From the IMG/VR virus record IMGVR_UViG_3300027973_000060: a stretch of 20,000 nt of DNA. One strand, written 5' to 3'. The translations under genes and the position numbers were made by a program. The stretch comes from an uncultured virus (IMG/VR IMGVR_UViG_3300027973_000060). Its lineage: Duplodnaviria > Heunggongvirae > Uroviricota > Caudoviricetes. The notes beneath the pieces are model-generated. The model worked only from the letters and a program-made list of their open reading frames with translations. It made no database searches and was not told the origin of the DNA. Below are positions 9,201 through 14,590 of this stretch, piece after piece (positions within the stretch are counted from its first letter, which is position 1; every line of letters begins with the position of its first letter).

Positions 9201-9493
9201 AGAGCTATACTAAAGGAAGGGTAAAAATAAATGAAGCAAGAAACACAATCAGCAGATTTGCAGGAGGAATTGAAGACCCTAGCTGGGCAAGACGGAGCGG
9301 TCAGGTTCCTACTGAGGGAGGGACTGCCCCTAACGCGGGAGAACTACCTAAGCGTAGCATGGCCGGACAGGACAGCGGAGGACGAACTGGACGCGGAGTT
9401 CGAGGCGCAACTGCCAGAAATGTTCAGACTCAAAACCTCGAATCAGCAGTAAAGTCTAGGCTAATTAAAAAACAACTGGAGGCCAAAAAATGA
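3290..9493 (+). CDS. Large polyvalent internal virion protein (2067 aa): Ala/Gly-rich N-terminus, HExxH metallopeptidase-like domain, EIQSD module, C-terminal HhH-GPD glycosylase-like module
   Basis: A 6.2 kb ORF. Motifs: HEIMH at 4907-4921 with downstream DEVLAE; LFIEEIQSD at about 7358-7384; WY...LSPQKDW...KVRNF...VTIDTHA...MQSITW at about 8366-9124. Confidence 0.8.
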   Translation: MADEIIQDPLEAANYLLRQYRDNPNFEFTQEEASLVHSAYGGGVSFVDSKPVMDEASTSSFLRSQDESDPSFIASEEEFSILKATEPGAISRIGAGMTGAAEYLGPVIKEGIPELIKTASMREPRPGDPSLPATLLEAGARGTVDLGTMAVGASKFIEKAPFMVAGALGMQDDYKSYLNQKTIDQNYQMQAIDKMNAERAQGKSIVGLPEGTFAPKAAEAASMVLDPTLAVPFIGPGAKAAGIAGRGLGATTKIARGIETAARATGGAIDLGVEKVGQGIQRVLPGVTAPKTAGAIATGAAAIGIPGAFPIGAKIAGVRAGAEVVERGAQAVRIAGEEAMTGPSRMTVMERVAKNQKNPEWLRKAANTSIVSSPITQGAAELGLETGKGAVKSAAVGAGLGYVASGGEEEGIGGGLVIGSGLGTIGGAVKGVAAIPAKKALAKQGDVNRLFARQADLGLDVNKIADYVRKDNRPFLDAATLQMMAPDVQVEFHGRDSFMMPENAGINAAGVVKAVPDKSGTTRLLVNMDDMRSSGDTVKHEIMHAIMKSPAINKAEGRMAVMSEYGEEGLRRFGNEYARKLLEGERQGRGTPTEAEIRAKANELREGSQRSEPGAGDLDWIADEVLAEQFVGEFRGKDLDSLRRKTLPGTDLLSLQEGFLAPVGRLLNKFGIDTTGPKPTNIDTLFKDNPLVPSKQLRELTSRWFRDRDKYLDGLEKAEKQKDVTLVPGPGNRNLANNPAIQFTRNRKTNLEENDFAVRFPDGTVRAKDPASILAVDKARVADVAKMYDPNAVLERGSPEFGVKIQSDGKPYVGGNTLPEGFFNLDSFNDFTKEVAKTLQDSRQEGKTYSVWYQKIGTGEDGSWAQSVKRGLGNIKVGQSEIAFLGWRLSKAGNILAQAVDISALRGRMLDFARSGKGRINEVWGGDLSSYEKDVMQYLDNHANERPGETGIGIDKRNAINYLFGITNIANKNANPMYVAEGRPPGSLVKSYRLDRIANSRDTGRTGFFFDYQKQAANLAPGDVSLQKAIRDKMPRLATPEQVKAIIKPGQTRGVNEEDVKWSGINEEIDRLASENAGKVPRDKLEEFLAGKGKVQLEETRYGSAKGSKTALNEQDIARLNELEVADSANPLGGMDDEMGDGAYGEMMDLQNRRDNISTSSQLTRMAMAAEEEARAFLKNSPTNLGKIGESKVYETFDRMMKKAEHLNARAEQFDRASVSGNAPRFGGFTIPGGKNYREVVLSRKQDQGTKRKGAYRIEFKNAKDADGFLTDISAAGLDELDYGRISGEDISTNDRVVEFNDTVTQEIVDLARAYDAKLPNESIEKAYISKHYPKVTDYIAHMRLDERPDSFGRDGLFIEEIQSDRHQAGRKYGYKEDDNLVKLENEFRKKYGDPIEFDKLSREDQTRWYRAEGESKIDPYKSVPDAPFRKDWPIQMFKRALAEAVDSGKKWIGWTIGAEQQERYPGMAGSSKMGMAKFYDEMLPSEIGKYMKQYGAPVEKSSITNDRYYVITQDGRTLPMDGEKSAMESRASNPGSRIVEPDQIPMWKIDITPEVFAGVRKMQEMEKEFSGTAKTEPKFTSLIGGEEQKQFAPASQAEKKDEEFWVSQRNPKAVKATENPLTEKLTIGLDVILKDKELAKKQADLVKKYPGFSPKSKTTEGVLGEFVDHVKGNLLYLYDSFKPELREQAKKWYDGARKISEEWSGKYGTETRQNAGVLAVLSPQKDWFMNVSLADRVIDINTNKSKEVFSQEMFNWLKSDPKRGMLVNSARKNLLGKRYSEVKDSFDKAIFLRAWDEVNNSRSFDVYNPDGKILGKKLNDDGTEGKVGWGSFSQIEKGISILENGARENIHNQLGEEHKVRNFFNNILQPNSKFGDVTIDTHAVAAGLLRPLSGGSTEVLHNLGGGPSSKIVGASGTYALFAEAYRNAAKERKVLPREMQSITWEAIRGLFKPTFKGQAKNKEFVDSVWKSYTKGRVKINEARNTISRFAGGIEDPSWARRSGQVPTEGGTAPNAGELPKRSMAGQDSGGRTGRGVRGATARNVQTQNLESAVKSRLIKKQLEAKK
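9231..9452 (+). CDS. Small acidic protein nested (+1 frame) in the 3' end of the giant gene (73 aa)
   Basis: SD-like AAGGAAGG at about 9213-9220 with an A-rich spacer before ATG 9231. The translation is protein-like (VRFLLREGLPLTRENYLSVAWP...ELDAEFEAQLPEMF), while the host frame becomes low-complexity G/R/T-rich over the same interval. Confidence 0.6.
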   Translation: MKQETQSADLQEELKTLAGQDGAVRFLLREGLPLTRENYLSVAWPDRTAEDELDAEFEAQLPEMFRLKTSNQQ

Positions 9494-9495
9494 CC

Positions 9496-9768
9496 TCACT
9501 CGACGTCGGTATCTCCAAACCTGGAAATAAAACCTCCGTAGGCCCCCTTGGCGTCGACAATGCTTCCATTCCTTGTGAGGCATCCAGCGTAGTTTCCGGA
9601 GGCGTCGGAGAGACTCCTGTTCCTAAAGATGGAACCACCGTATTCCCCTGTGGATGTACTGTAGGAAGTGCGGTAGACGGAACCACCGTAGTTCCCGGTT
9701 GCATCTGTGAGATCCCCGGCGAAACAGTGACCGAGTGACAAGACGACCAACAATAGGATTTTCTTCAT
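9496..9768 (-). CDS. Small exported repeat protein (90 aa); candidate superinfection-exclusion/moron gene
   Basis: Signal peptide MKKILLLVVLSLGHCFA, then four ~16-aa repeats (D/T-x-x-G-x-Y-G/A-G). It is the only convincing minus-strand gene and has its own promoter. Confidence 0.75.
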   Translation of the reverse strand: MKKILLLVVLSLGHCFAGDLTDATGNYGGSVYRTSYSTSTGEYGGSIFRNRSLSDASGNYAGCLTRNGSIVDAKGAYGGFISRFGDTDVE

Positions 9769-10591
9769 GGCTAATACTCTAACACAGATCCCGGAACTAA
9801 GCGCAAGCAGAAATTTTACCCCATTTGGGGCCGGAGAATTCGACAGGCAAAACGCGTCCAGGCCGATGCAAGAGCCACAGAGGGCGGGGTGGACCGACGA
9901 GAAGGGTCAGCGCCTGGTCGCAATGTCTGAGCGCATGCGATCCGCGGCGACGATGGACGACATCCGGTCAGAGACAACACAAAGAGCAATGGAGGATCAA
10001 GTGACTAAAAATATTATGCAGGATCAAAACTTAATCGGGCCAAAGGTGCCCAAGAATGAATACGACTCAGCCCTGGCGACAGTTGACATGGAGGCCAGGA
10101 AGGACAAGTCCGGGAACGTAATGGTCTACAATCTCCCTTCCGGGGATATGGGCGGTAGCTACGAAGTCGCCGGGATCAACGACAAGTATCATCCAGCGGC
10201 CGCGGAGATGCTGAAGAATCTTCCAGCGGGGGAGCGCAGGGACGCAGCTGCCAGGTACGTCGTAGAATATGCCAGGCCCTTCACGTCTAAACTTCCTGAG
10301 CCTTACCGACCCTTCTTCCAGGACCTGGCATTCAACCGCGGGGTCGGAGGGGCAACGAAGTTCCTGCAACGCGCGATCGGCGTGAAGGATGACGGAGCGC
10401 TTGGGCCTCAGACGCTCAAGGCCCTGGAGGGACTGAACCCATCAGAGGTAATGAGGAACGTTTCTGTCGAGCAGATGACCTACGAGAGAAGGCTTGCGGA
10501 GCAGAACCCAGAACGTAAAAAGTTCCTCAATGGTCTCCAGAATAGAGTCTCGAACAGATATCGGCTTTTCGGGAATGCCCCAACCGGGTAA
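9767..10591 (+). CDS. GH108-like lysozyme with PG-binding C-terminus and ~100-aa N-terminal extension (start could instead be 9866 or 9923)
   Basis: E...GDMGGSYEVAGI, DLAFNRGVGGATKFLQRAIGVKDDGALGPQTL and KFLNGLQNRV match the glycosyl hydrolase 108 / PG_binding_3 pattern. Confidence 0.8.
   Translation: MANTLTQIPELSASRNFTPFGAGEFDRQNASRPMQEPQRAGWTDEKGQRLVAMSERMRSAATMDDIRSETTQRAMEDQVTKNIMQDQNLIGPKVPKNEYDSALATVDMEARKDKSGNVMVYNLPSGDMGGSYEVAGINDKYHPAAAEMLKNLPAGERRDAAARYVVEYARPFTSKLPEPYRPFFQDLAFNRGVGGATKFLQRAIGVKDDGALGPQTLKALEGLNPSEVMRNVSVEQMTYERRLAEQNPERKKFLNGLQNRVSNRYRLFGNAPTG
9769..9806 (-). promoter_or_regulatory. Putative sigma70-type promoter (extended -10) for a leaderless transcript of the 90-aa gene
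   Basis: Minus strand reads TTGCGC (9806-9801), 19 nt ending in TGn, TAGAGT (9781-9776), 7 nt, then ATG (9768). There is no SD. Confidence 0.45.
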
Positions 10592-10964
10592 TCGTCAGAC
10601 AGGAGCGGTAGGAGTCGCTAGGGTAATCGCAGGACTCCTCGCTTCCGGGTGGAACGTGTTGACCCCATTTGAGGACAACGCCGGGTACGACATCGTTGCG
10701 GAGAAGGACGGAACATTCAAAAGAATCCAGGTCAAGTCGTGTGGCGCCCCGCGGCTACACAGCAATGGCAGAAGGGGCCCGAGCTACAAGTTCAGCACCG
10801 GGCGCGGAGTCGACAAGAGGAAGTATGGCAAGTGCATCGACCTAATATTCCTGGTCGCGCTGGACAAGGATTTGCTTTGGGTATTTGACTCAAGAAAAAT
10901 GAAAGCGACGCGTTCCGCATCTCCAGAAGATTCAATTGCCTGGATGAGTTTGGCTAAAATATAG
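10575..10964 (+). CDS. PD-(D/E)XK endonuclease (PDDEXK_5 / group I intron-associated type, free-standing)
   Basis: GWNVLTPFEDNAGYDIVAE...RIQVKS...Y...IDLIFLV pattern. The likely start is ATG 10575, overlapping the lysozyme end; the ORF track extends it to 10494. Confidence 0.75.
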   Translation: MPQPGNRQTGAVGVARVIAGLLASGWNVLTPFEDNAGYDIVAEKDGTFKRIQVKSCGAPRLHSNGRRGPSYKFSTGRGVDKRKYGKCIDLIFLVALDKDLLWVFDSRKMKATRSASPEDSIAWMSLAKI

Positions 10965-11001
10965 CAAGTCAAGCTAATTAAAGTTTCCCAAAAATAATGT
11001 G

Positions 11002-11030
11002 TTGACCTAGTTGCCGTGTTTCGGCAGAGT
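11002..11030 (+). promoter_or_regulatory. Putative sigma70-type promoter for the DNA-metabolism block
   Basis: TTGACC (11002-11007), 17 nt, CAGAGT (11025-11030), with an A/T-rich tract upstream, in one of the few intergenic gaps. Confidence 0.6.
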
Positions 11031-11058
11031 CCGGTGATCTTGAAACAAGGAGGTCACC

Positions 11059-11472
11059 ATGGGCGGAGGAAAGATGTCACGCAACAAGGGGAAACGCGGT
11101 GAACGCGAGGTATCAAGCCTGCTCAGTGAGGCTGGATGGAAGGCTAGGCGCGCCCAGCAATTCTGCGGGTCTCCGGATGGCGGAGCTAGTGACGTACTGG
11201 TCGAATCAGAATTCTGGCCCTTCCACGTCGAGGTCAAGTACTGCCAGCAAACCAAAATTTACGACTGGATGCAACAGTCTACCAACGATTCAAAAACTGG
11301 TAAAACACCTATCGTCTGTCATCGAAGAAATCAAACAGGATGGCACGTCACAATGAAATTTAAGGATTGGATCGATTTAGTAAATAATAGTCTTCCGATC
11401 GTGTTGCCAGCAGTTACACACGCAAAAGACATTCATCAGACTTCACCTCAAATAAACCCAAATAAACCATAA
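11059..11472 (+). CDS. Hjc-like Holliday junction resolvase
   Basis: SRNKGKRGEREV...ARRAQQFCG...SDVL...HVEVK...PIVCHRRN...W pattern, with strong SD AAGGAGG. Confidence 0.8.
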   Translation: MGGGKMSRNKGKRGEREVSSLLSEAGWKARRAQQFCGSPDGGASDVLVESEFWPFHVEVKYCQQTKIYDWMQQSTNDSKTGKTPIVCHRRNQTGWHVTMKFKDWIDLVNNSLPIVLPAVTHAKDIHQTSPQINPNKP

Positions 11473-11486
11473 AGGAGAATACACAT

Positions 11487-12104
11487 ATGGCATTAGTACT
11501 AAGCGAGAAAAGCACAAAAGAAAGACCGATCGTAGAGGCGGGAGCGCATCCTGCAATCTGCTATTCGGTAATTGACATGGGAACCCAAAAGAGCACCTAC
11601 CAAGGTGAGACGAAGGAGTTAAAGAAGATCCGGATCGCGTTTGAGATCTGCGACCAGAACGACGACTTCGAGCAAGTAGAGAATGGTAAGGTCACCATCA
11701 TCAAAAAGCCGTTGGTCTGTTCCGCGGAGTTTACCGCGTCGATCGGACCGAAGGCGTCGCTTCGGAAGTTCATTGAGGGTTGGCTAGGATCAGCGCTCAA
11801 CGCGAAGCAACTCGCCTCATTCAAGGTGACTGACTTCCTGGGGAAGTCGGCACTACTCAACGTAGTCCACAAGGTTAGCCAAACCTCCGGCAAGACCTAC
11901 GCTGCGATTGGATCTGCATCCAAAATGCCTAAAGGCATGGCAGTTCCCGAGCGCGTAAACAATCTTATCTCGTATGAGATTGAGCAAGGCCAGGGTGGCG
12001 AGTTTAACAACTTGCCGAAGTGGCTACAGGAAAAAGTTCTTCTGTCGAAAGAGCTCGGTGGAGTCAAGTCGACCGTAGCGACTGACGACGGAGCACCGTT
12101 CTAA
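11487..12104 (+). CDS. Phage ssDNA-binding/replication protein (NGO0469-like)
   Basis: AGAHPAICYSVIDMGTQ...KASLRKFIEGWLG...LPKWLQEKV with an acidic aromatic tail (DDGAPF). SD AAGGAG; adjacent to a nuclease gene. Confidence 0.65.
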   Translation: MALVLSEKSTKERPIVEAGAHPAICYSVIDMGTQKSTYQGETKELKKIRIAFEICDQNDDFEQVENGKVTIIKKPLVCSAEFTASIGPKASLRKFIEGWLGSALNAKQLASFKVTDFLGKSALLNVVHKVSQTSGKTYAAIGSASKMPKGMAVPERVNNLISYEIEQGQGGEFNNLPKWLQEKVLLSKELGGVKSTVATDDGAPF

Positions 12105-12976
12105 TGGCACTGGAACTCTCTACTTATTCGGAAACGCCGACGAAACTTGTGTCAGCGGAATTTTCCGCGCACTGGTACTCGACTGACGGAGAGGCTTACC
12201 ACACGGTCCCGGACGCTGAAGGGCGCGATCGTCCAACAACGCTCCGGGACGTGAGGAAGTTAGCCAAGGAAGGAATTGATCTTCTTCCGTCGGTCACTTC
12301 AGTGATGAAAGTGAAGGACGCTCCACAGCTTAACGCGTGGAAAATATCTCAGTGTCTACTCGCAGCCGACGAGCGCCCAAGACTTCCCGGGGAGTCCCTG
12401 GAAGATTGGGCCTCAGTGATTGAAGAGTTGAGCAAGGCAGTCACCAAGAAGGCGTCGAACCATGGCACTGCTATGCACGACGTCCAGGAGAGGCTACTAC
12501 CACTGCTACGCGAGAAGAAGGAGCCTGTATCCGTAAAGGATATTAAGATCCGGGAAGATCTTGTTCCGTTTGCCGAACACATGGTGAAGTGGATCAACTC
12601 CGATGTCGTCAAGGCGCATTGGGAAGAGAAGGTGCTGGTCGGTGCTGGATACGCTGGGAAGGCGGACGCGCTGATTGATCACTCCGAGTATGGCACATGC
12701 CTAATCGATCTGAAGAACAGATCGTTCGACCCAGATAAGGTGACAGCATCAAGGCGCCCGGTCTACCCACACGACGCTATGCAGTTAGGGGCATACAGGA
12801 AGGCCCTTGGCAAGGAAGTGCACTGCATGTCAGTGATCCTGTCTTCGAAGACTCCATCTGCTCCGTTTGTTCACAAGTGGAGTGAGCAGGAGTTGGAAGA
12901 TGGCTGGAGTGCTTTTCAGCACTGTCTGGCCCTGTGGTGCTTTGACAAGAAATTCAAACCCAAGGGTGTGGTTTAG
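12104..12976 (+). CDS. PD-(D/E)XK exonuclease (phage recombination nuclease-like)
   Basis: LPSVTSV, GTAMHD, EEKVL, YAGKADAL, LIDLKN and QLGAY motifs; TAATG coupling to the previous gene. Confidence 0.8.
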   Translation: MALELSTYSETPTKLVSAEFSAHWYSTDGEAYHTVPDAEGRDRPTTLRDVRKLAKEGIDLLPSVTSVMKVKDAPQLNAWKISQCLLAADERPRLPGESLEDWASVIEELSKAVTKKASNHGTAMHDVQERLLPLLREKKEPVSVKDIKIREDLVPFAEHMVKWINSDVVKAHWEEKVLVGAGYAGKADALIDHSEYGTCLIDLKNRSFDPDKVTASRRPVYPHDAMQLGAYRKALGKEVHCMSVILSSKTPSAPFVHKWSEQELEDGWSAFQHCLALWCFDKKFKPKGVV

Positions 12977-12993
12977 CAAAAGGAGTAATAAAA

Positions 12994-13152
12994 ATGAAAC
13001 CAGGACTATACGCAAACATACATAAGAAGAGGGCCAGGATTAAGGCTGGCTCAAAAGAAAGAATGAGAAAGCCGGGATCTGAGGGAGCTCCAACTGCAAA
13101 AGCATTTGAAAGATCCAAGTTGACAGCGAAGGAGGTTGGTTATGGCAGATAG
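12994..13152 (+). CDS. Small basic phage protein (52 aa, MKPGLYANIHKKRARIKAGSKERMRKPGSEGAPTAKAF...), absent from the ORF track
   Basis: SD AAGGAG at about 12980 and ATG 12994 to TAG 13152. It resembles a recurrent phage family beginning KxGLYANIHxKR. Confidence 0.8.
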   Translation: MKPGLYANIHKKRARIKAGSKERMRKPGSEGAPTAKAFERSKLTAKEVGYGR

Positions 13153-13519
13153 TACTCAATCAATCATGGAAGCGATCGATTCGCTAGGAACAGCAGTTCG
13201 AGAGCTCCAGGAGGGGCTCCCGGTCAGAGAGCATACAGAACCAACGATCGAAGACGTAGCTACTCATGCGAGCACCGTGATCAGAAAGATCATGAGCCGG
13301 GGGTCAAACAAGTCTAGGTTTGGAGAGTGGTTCCACAAGAATTCGCTCCGCTACAACTCGGACAGGGCAATTGCCCACATGACCCGGGCAATGCAACAGA
13401 TCGATGGCAACACGTCTTCTCCGGATGGTTCCGGCGAAACTTGTATCGACCACCTGGAGCGAGCACTGGTTCGGGCCGTGTTTACGCTCTACAAGGCGAA
13501 GGAAGGGAAAATACATTAA
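13142..13519 (+). CDS. Divergent dATP/dGTP diphosphohydrolase-like (DUF5664-like) helical protein
   Basis: SD AAGGAGG before ATG 13142. IMSRGSNK...W...DRAIAHM...DGSGE...HLERAL...F follows the family pattern loosely. Confidence 0.45.
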   Translation: MADSTQSIMEAIDSLGTAVRELQEGLPVREHTEPTIEDVATHASTVIRKIMSRGSNKSRFGEWFHKNSLRYNSDRAIAHMTRAMQQIDGNTSSPDGSGETCIDHLERALVRAVFTLYKAKEGKIH

Positions 13520-13650
13520 TGGCTGGGCGCATCGTTGAGTTGATATTTCTGATTGGGCTAATCACAACTGTCGTGATTGTGCTTGCGCCATTGGTTTGGG
13601 TAACCATGATCGCGGTTGAAAAAATTGACAAAATCCGTGACGACAAATAG
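13519..13650 (+). CDS. Small membrane protein (43 aa)
   Basis: TAATG coupling; a long hydrophobic stretch LIFLIGLITTVVIVLAPLVWVTMIAV followed by a charged tail. Confidence 0.6.
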   Translation: MAGRIVELIFLIGLITTVVIVLAPLVWVTMIAVEKIDKIRDDK

Positions 13651-13822
13651 CACCAGCATCCATATTGGTCCAAAGACAAAGACCTGGGAGGACCCTCTTG
13701 CAGTGTTCCTCCATAAGGACGAGTCGACCAGGATGGAGCGCATCATGGAGTATCTGTCATGGGAAAATTATCGACTGCATCAGATCATCCAGAGATTTAT
13801 GGACGAGAGGAAGTCAACATGA
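13637..13822 (+). CDS. Hypothetical protein (61 aa, GTG start)
   Basis: Fills the gap in a tightly packed operon; its stop overlaps the next ATG (ATGA). Confidence 0.55.
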   Translation: MTTNSTSIHIGPKTKTWEDPLAVFLHKDESTRMERIMEYLSWENYRLHQIIQRFMDERKST

Positions 13823-13971
13823 TCTTTGTCCAGTGGGGCGAAAGGTACTACGCGGTGACTTCAAATGGAGATATTTTTGATTCTGGCGGAAAGCTAACGA
13901 TCATCCCAGAGGGGTTAAAGAAAGCAATCAAGGAGGCAGGCATTAATGAAGAGGCAAATAGTAACAGTTAG
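13819..13971 (+). CDS. Hypothetical protein (50 aa, MIFVQWGERYYAV...)
   Basis: ATGA coupling and upstream GAGAGGAAG; overlaps the start of the next gene. Confidence 0.55.
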   Translation: MIFVQWGERYYAVTSNGDIFDSGGKLTIIPEGLKKAIKEAGINEEANSNS

Positions 13972-14590
13972 TTGCCAGTTGCCGGAATGGTTTGAGAAGC
14001 ATTCCCTGCCAAGGATGGAAGAATCTTCTAAGCGTTGGGACGCTAATCTTGTGGTCATCAAGCCGGAGAACCCGATCGGACTGCTAGCCAAGATGTCGTT
14101 AGTCGACGCGGTGCAGAATTCTGACAGGACTCTGTTCGTTGACAGCGATGTATTGATTTCGCGCGAGTGTGTAAACCCATTCGAGACTTTCCCTCACGGA
14201 CACTTCTACGCTTGTGCCGACGCTCCTCACGGAGACCAGTTGCATTGGGGCCGGGCGAACGAGATGATCTTATCCCAGGCCATGCTCGGATCGGTCAAGT
14301 GGACTCAAGGCTATTTCAATACCGGGGTCATGGTTTGCGACAAGCAACATGCAGGCGCCTGGGCAAATTTCGTGTACGCACCGTTCGCTTTCCCTGAGCA
14401 GACTTTCACAAACTACCGGGCCAGAATGCTCGGTTACTCTATCCGTTTCCTAAGCTGGGAATGGAACGCGATGGAGATCAATACTCCAAAGGACAAGAAA
14501 CAGTCGGACGGATTCATGCCACACGCAGCCGGGATCTACGGAGATGCCAGGGCAAAGTGGATTGAGGAAATGGACAAGGTATTACCATGA
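13946..14590 (+). CDS. Glycosyltransferase, GT-A fold (GT8-like)
   Basis: DxD motif (FVDSDVLI), YFNTGVMV, EQTFTN, EWN and a C-terminal His (PHAAG); SD AAGGAGG. Confidence 0.8.
   Translation: MKRQIVTVSCQLPEWFEKHSLPRMEESSKRWDANLVVIKPENPIGLLAKMSLVDAVQNSDRTLFVDSDVLISRECVNPFETFPHGHFYACADAPHGDQLHWGRANEMILSQAMLGSVKWTQGYFNTGVMVCDKQHAGAWANFVYAPFAFPEQTFTNYRARMLGYSIRFLSWEWNAMEINTPKDKKQSDGFMPHAAGIYGDARAKWIEEMDKVLP

Noticed and set aside
9631..9690. Direct repeat GGAACCACCGTA as a CRISPR-like or regulatory repeat
   Set aside because: There are only two 12-nt copies at an in-frame 48-nt period, explained by the protein repeat.
9490..9738. 82-aa plus-strand ORF with repeats (DGTTVFP/DGTTVVP) coupled to the giant gene stop
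   Set aside because: It is best explained as the mirror of the minus-strand repeat gene, which has a signal peptide and a promoter. The ATGA overlap means it cannot be fully excluded.
10494..10964. Group I intron around the PD-(D/E)XK endonuclease
   Set aside because: The flanking genes are intact and there is no room for, or sign of, intron core elements.
10940..10975. Minus-strand TTGACT as a divergent promoter
   Set aside because: No acceptable -10 at 16-18 nt spacing and no convincing downstream gene.
13327..13518. Upstream extension of the membrane ORF (107-aa version in the track)
   Set aside because: It overlaps the preceding gene; TAATG coupling at 13519 gives a better start.
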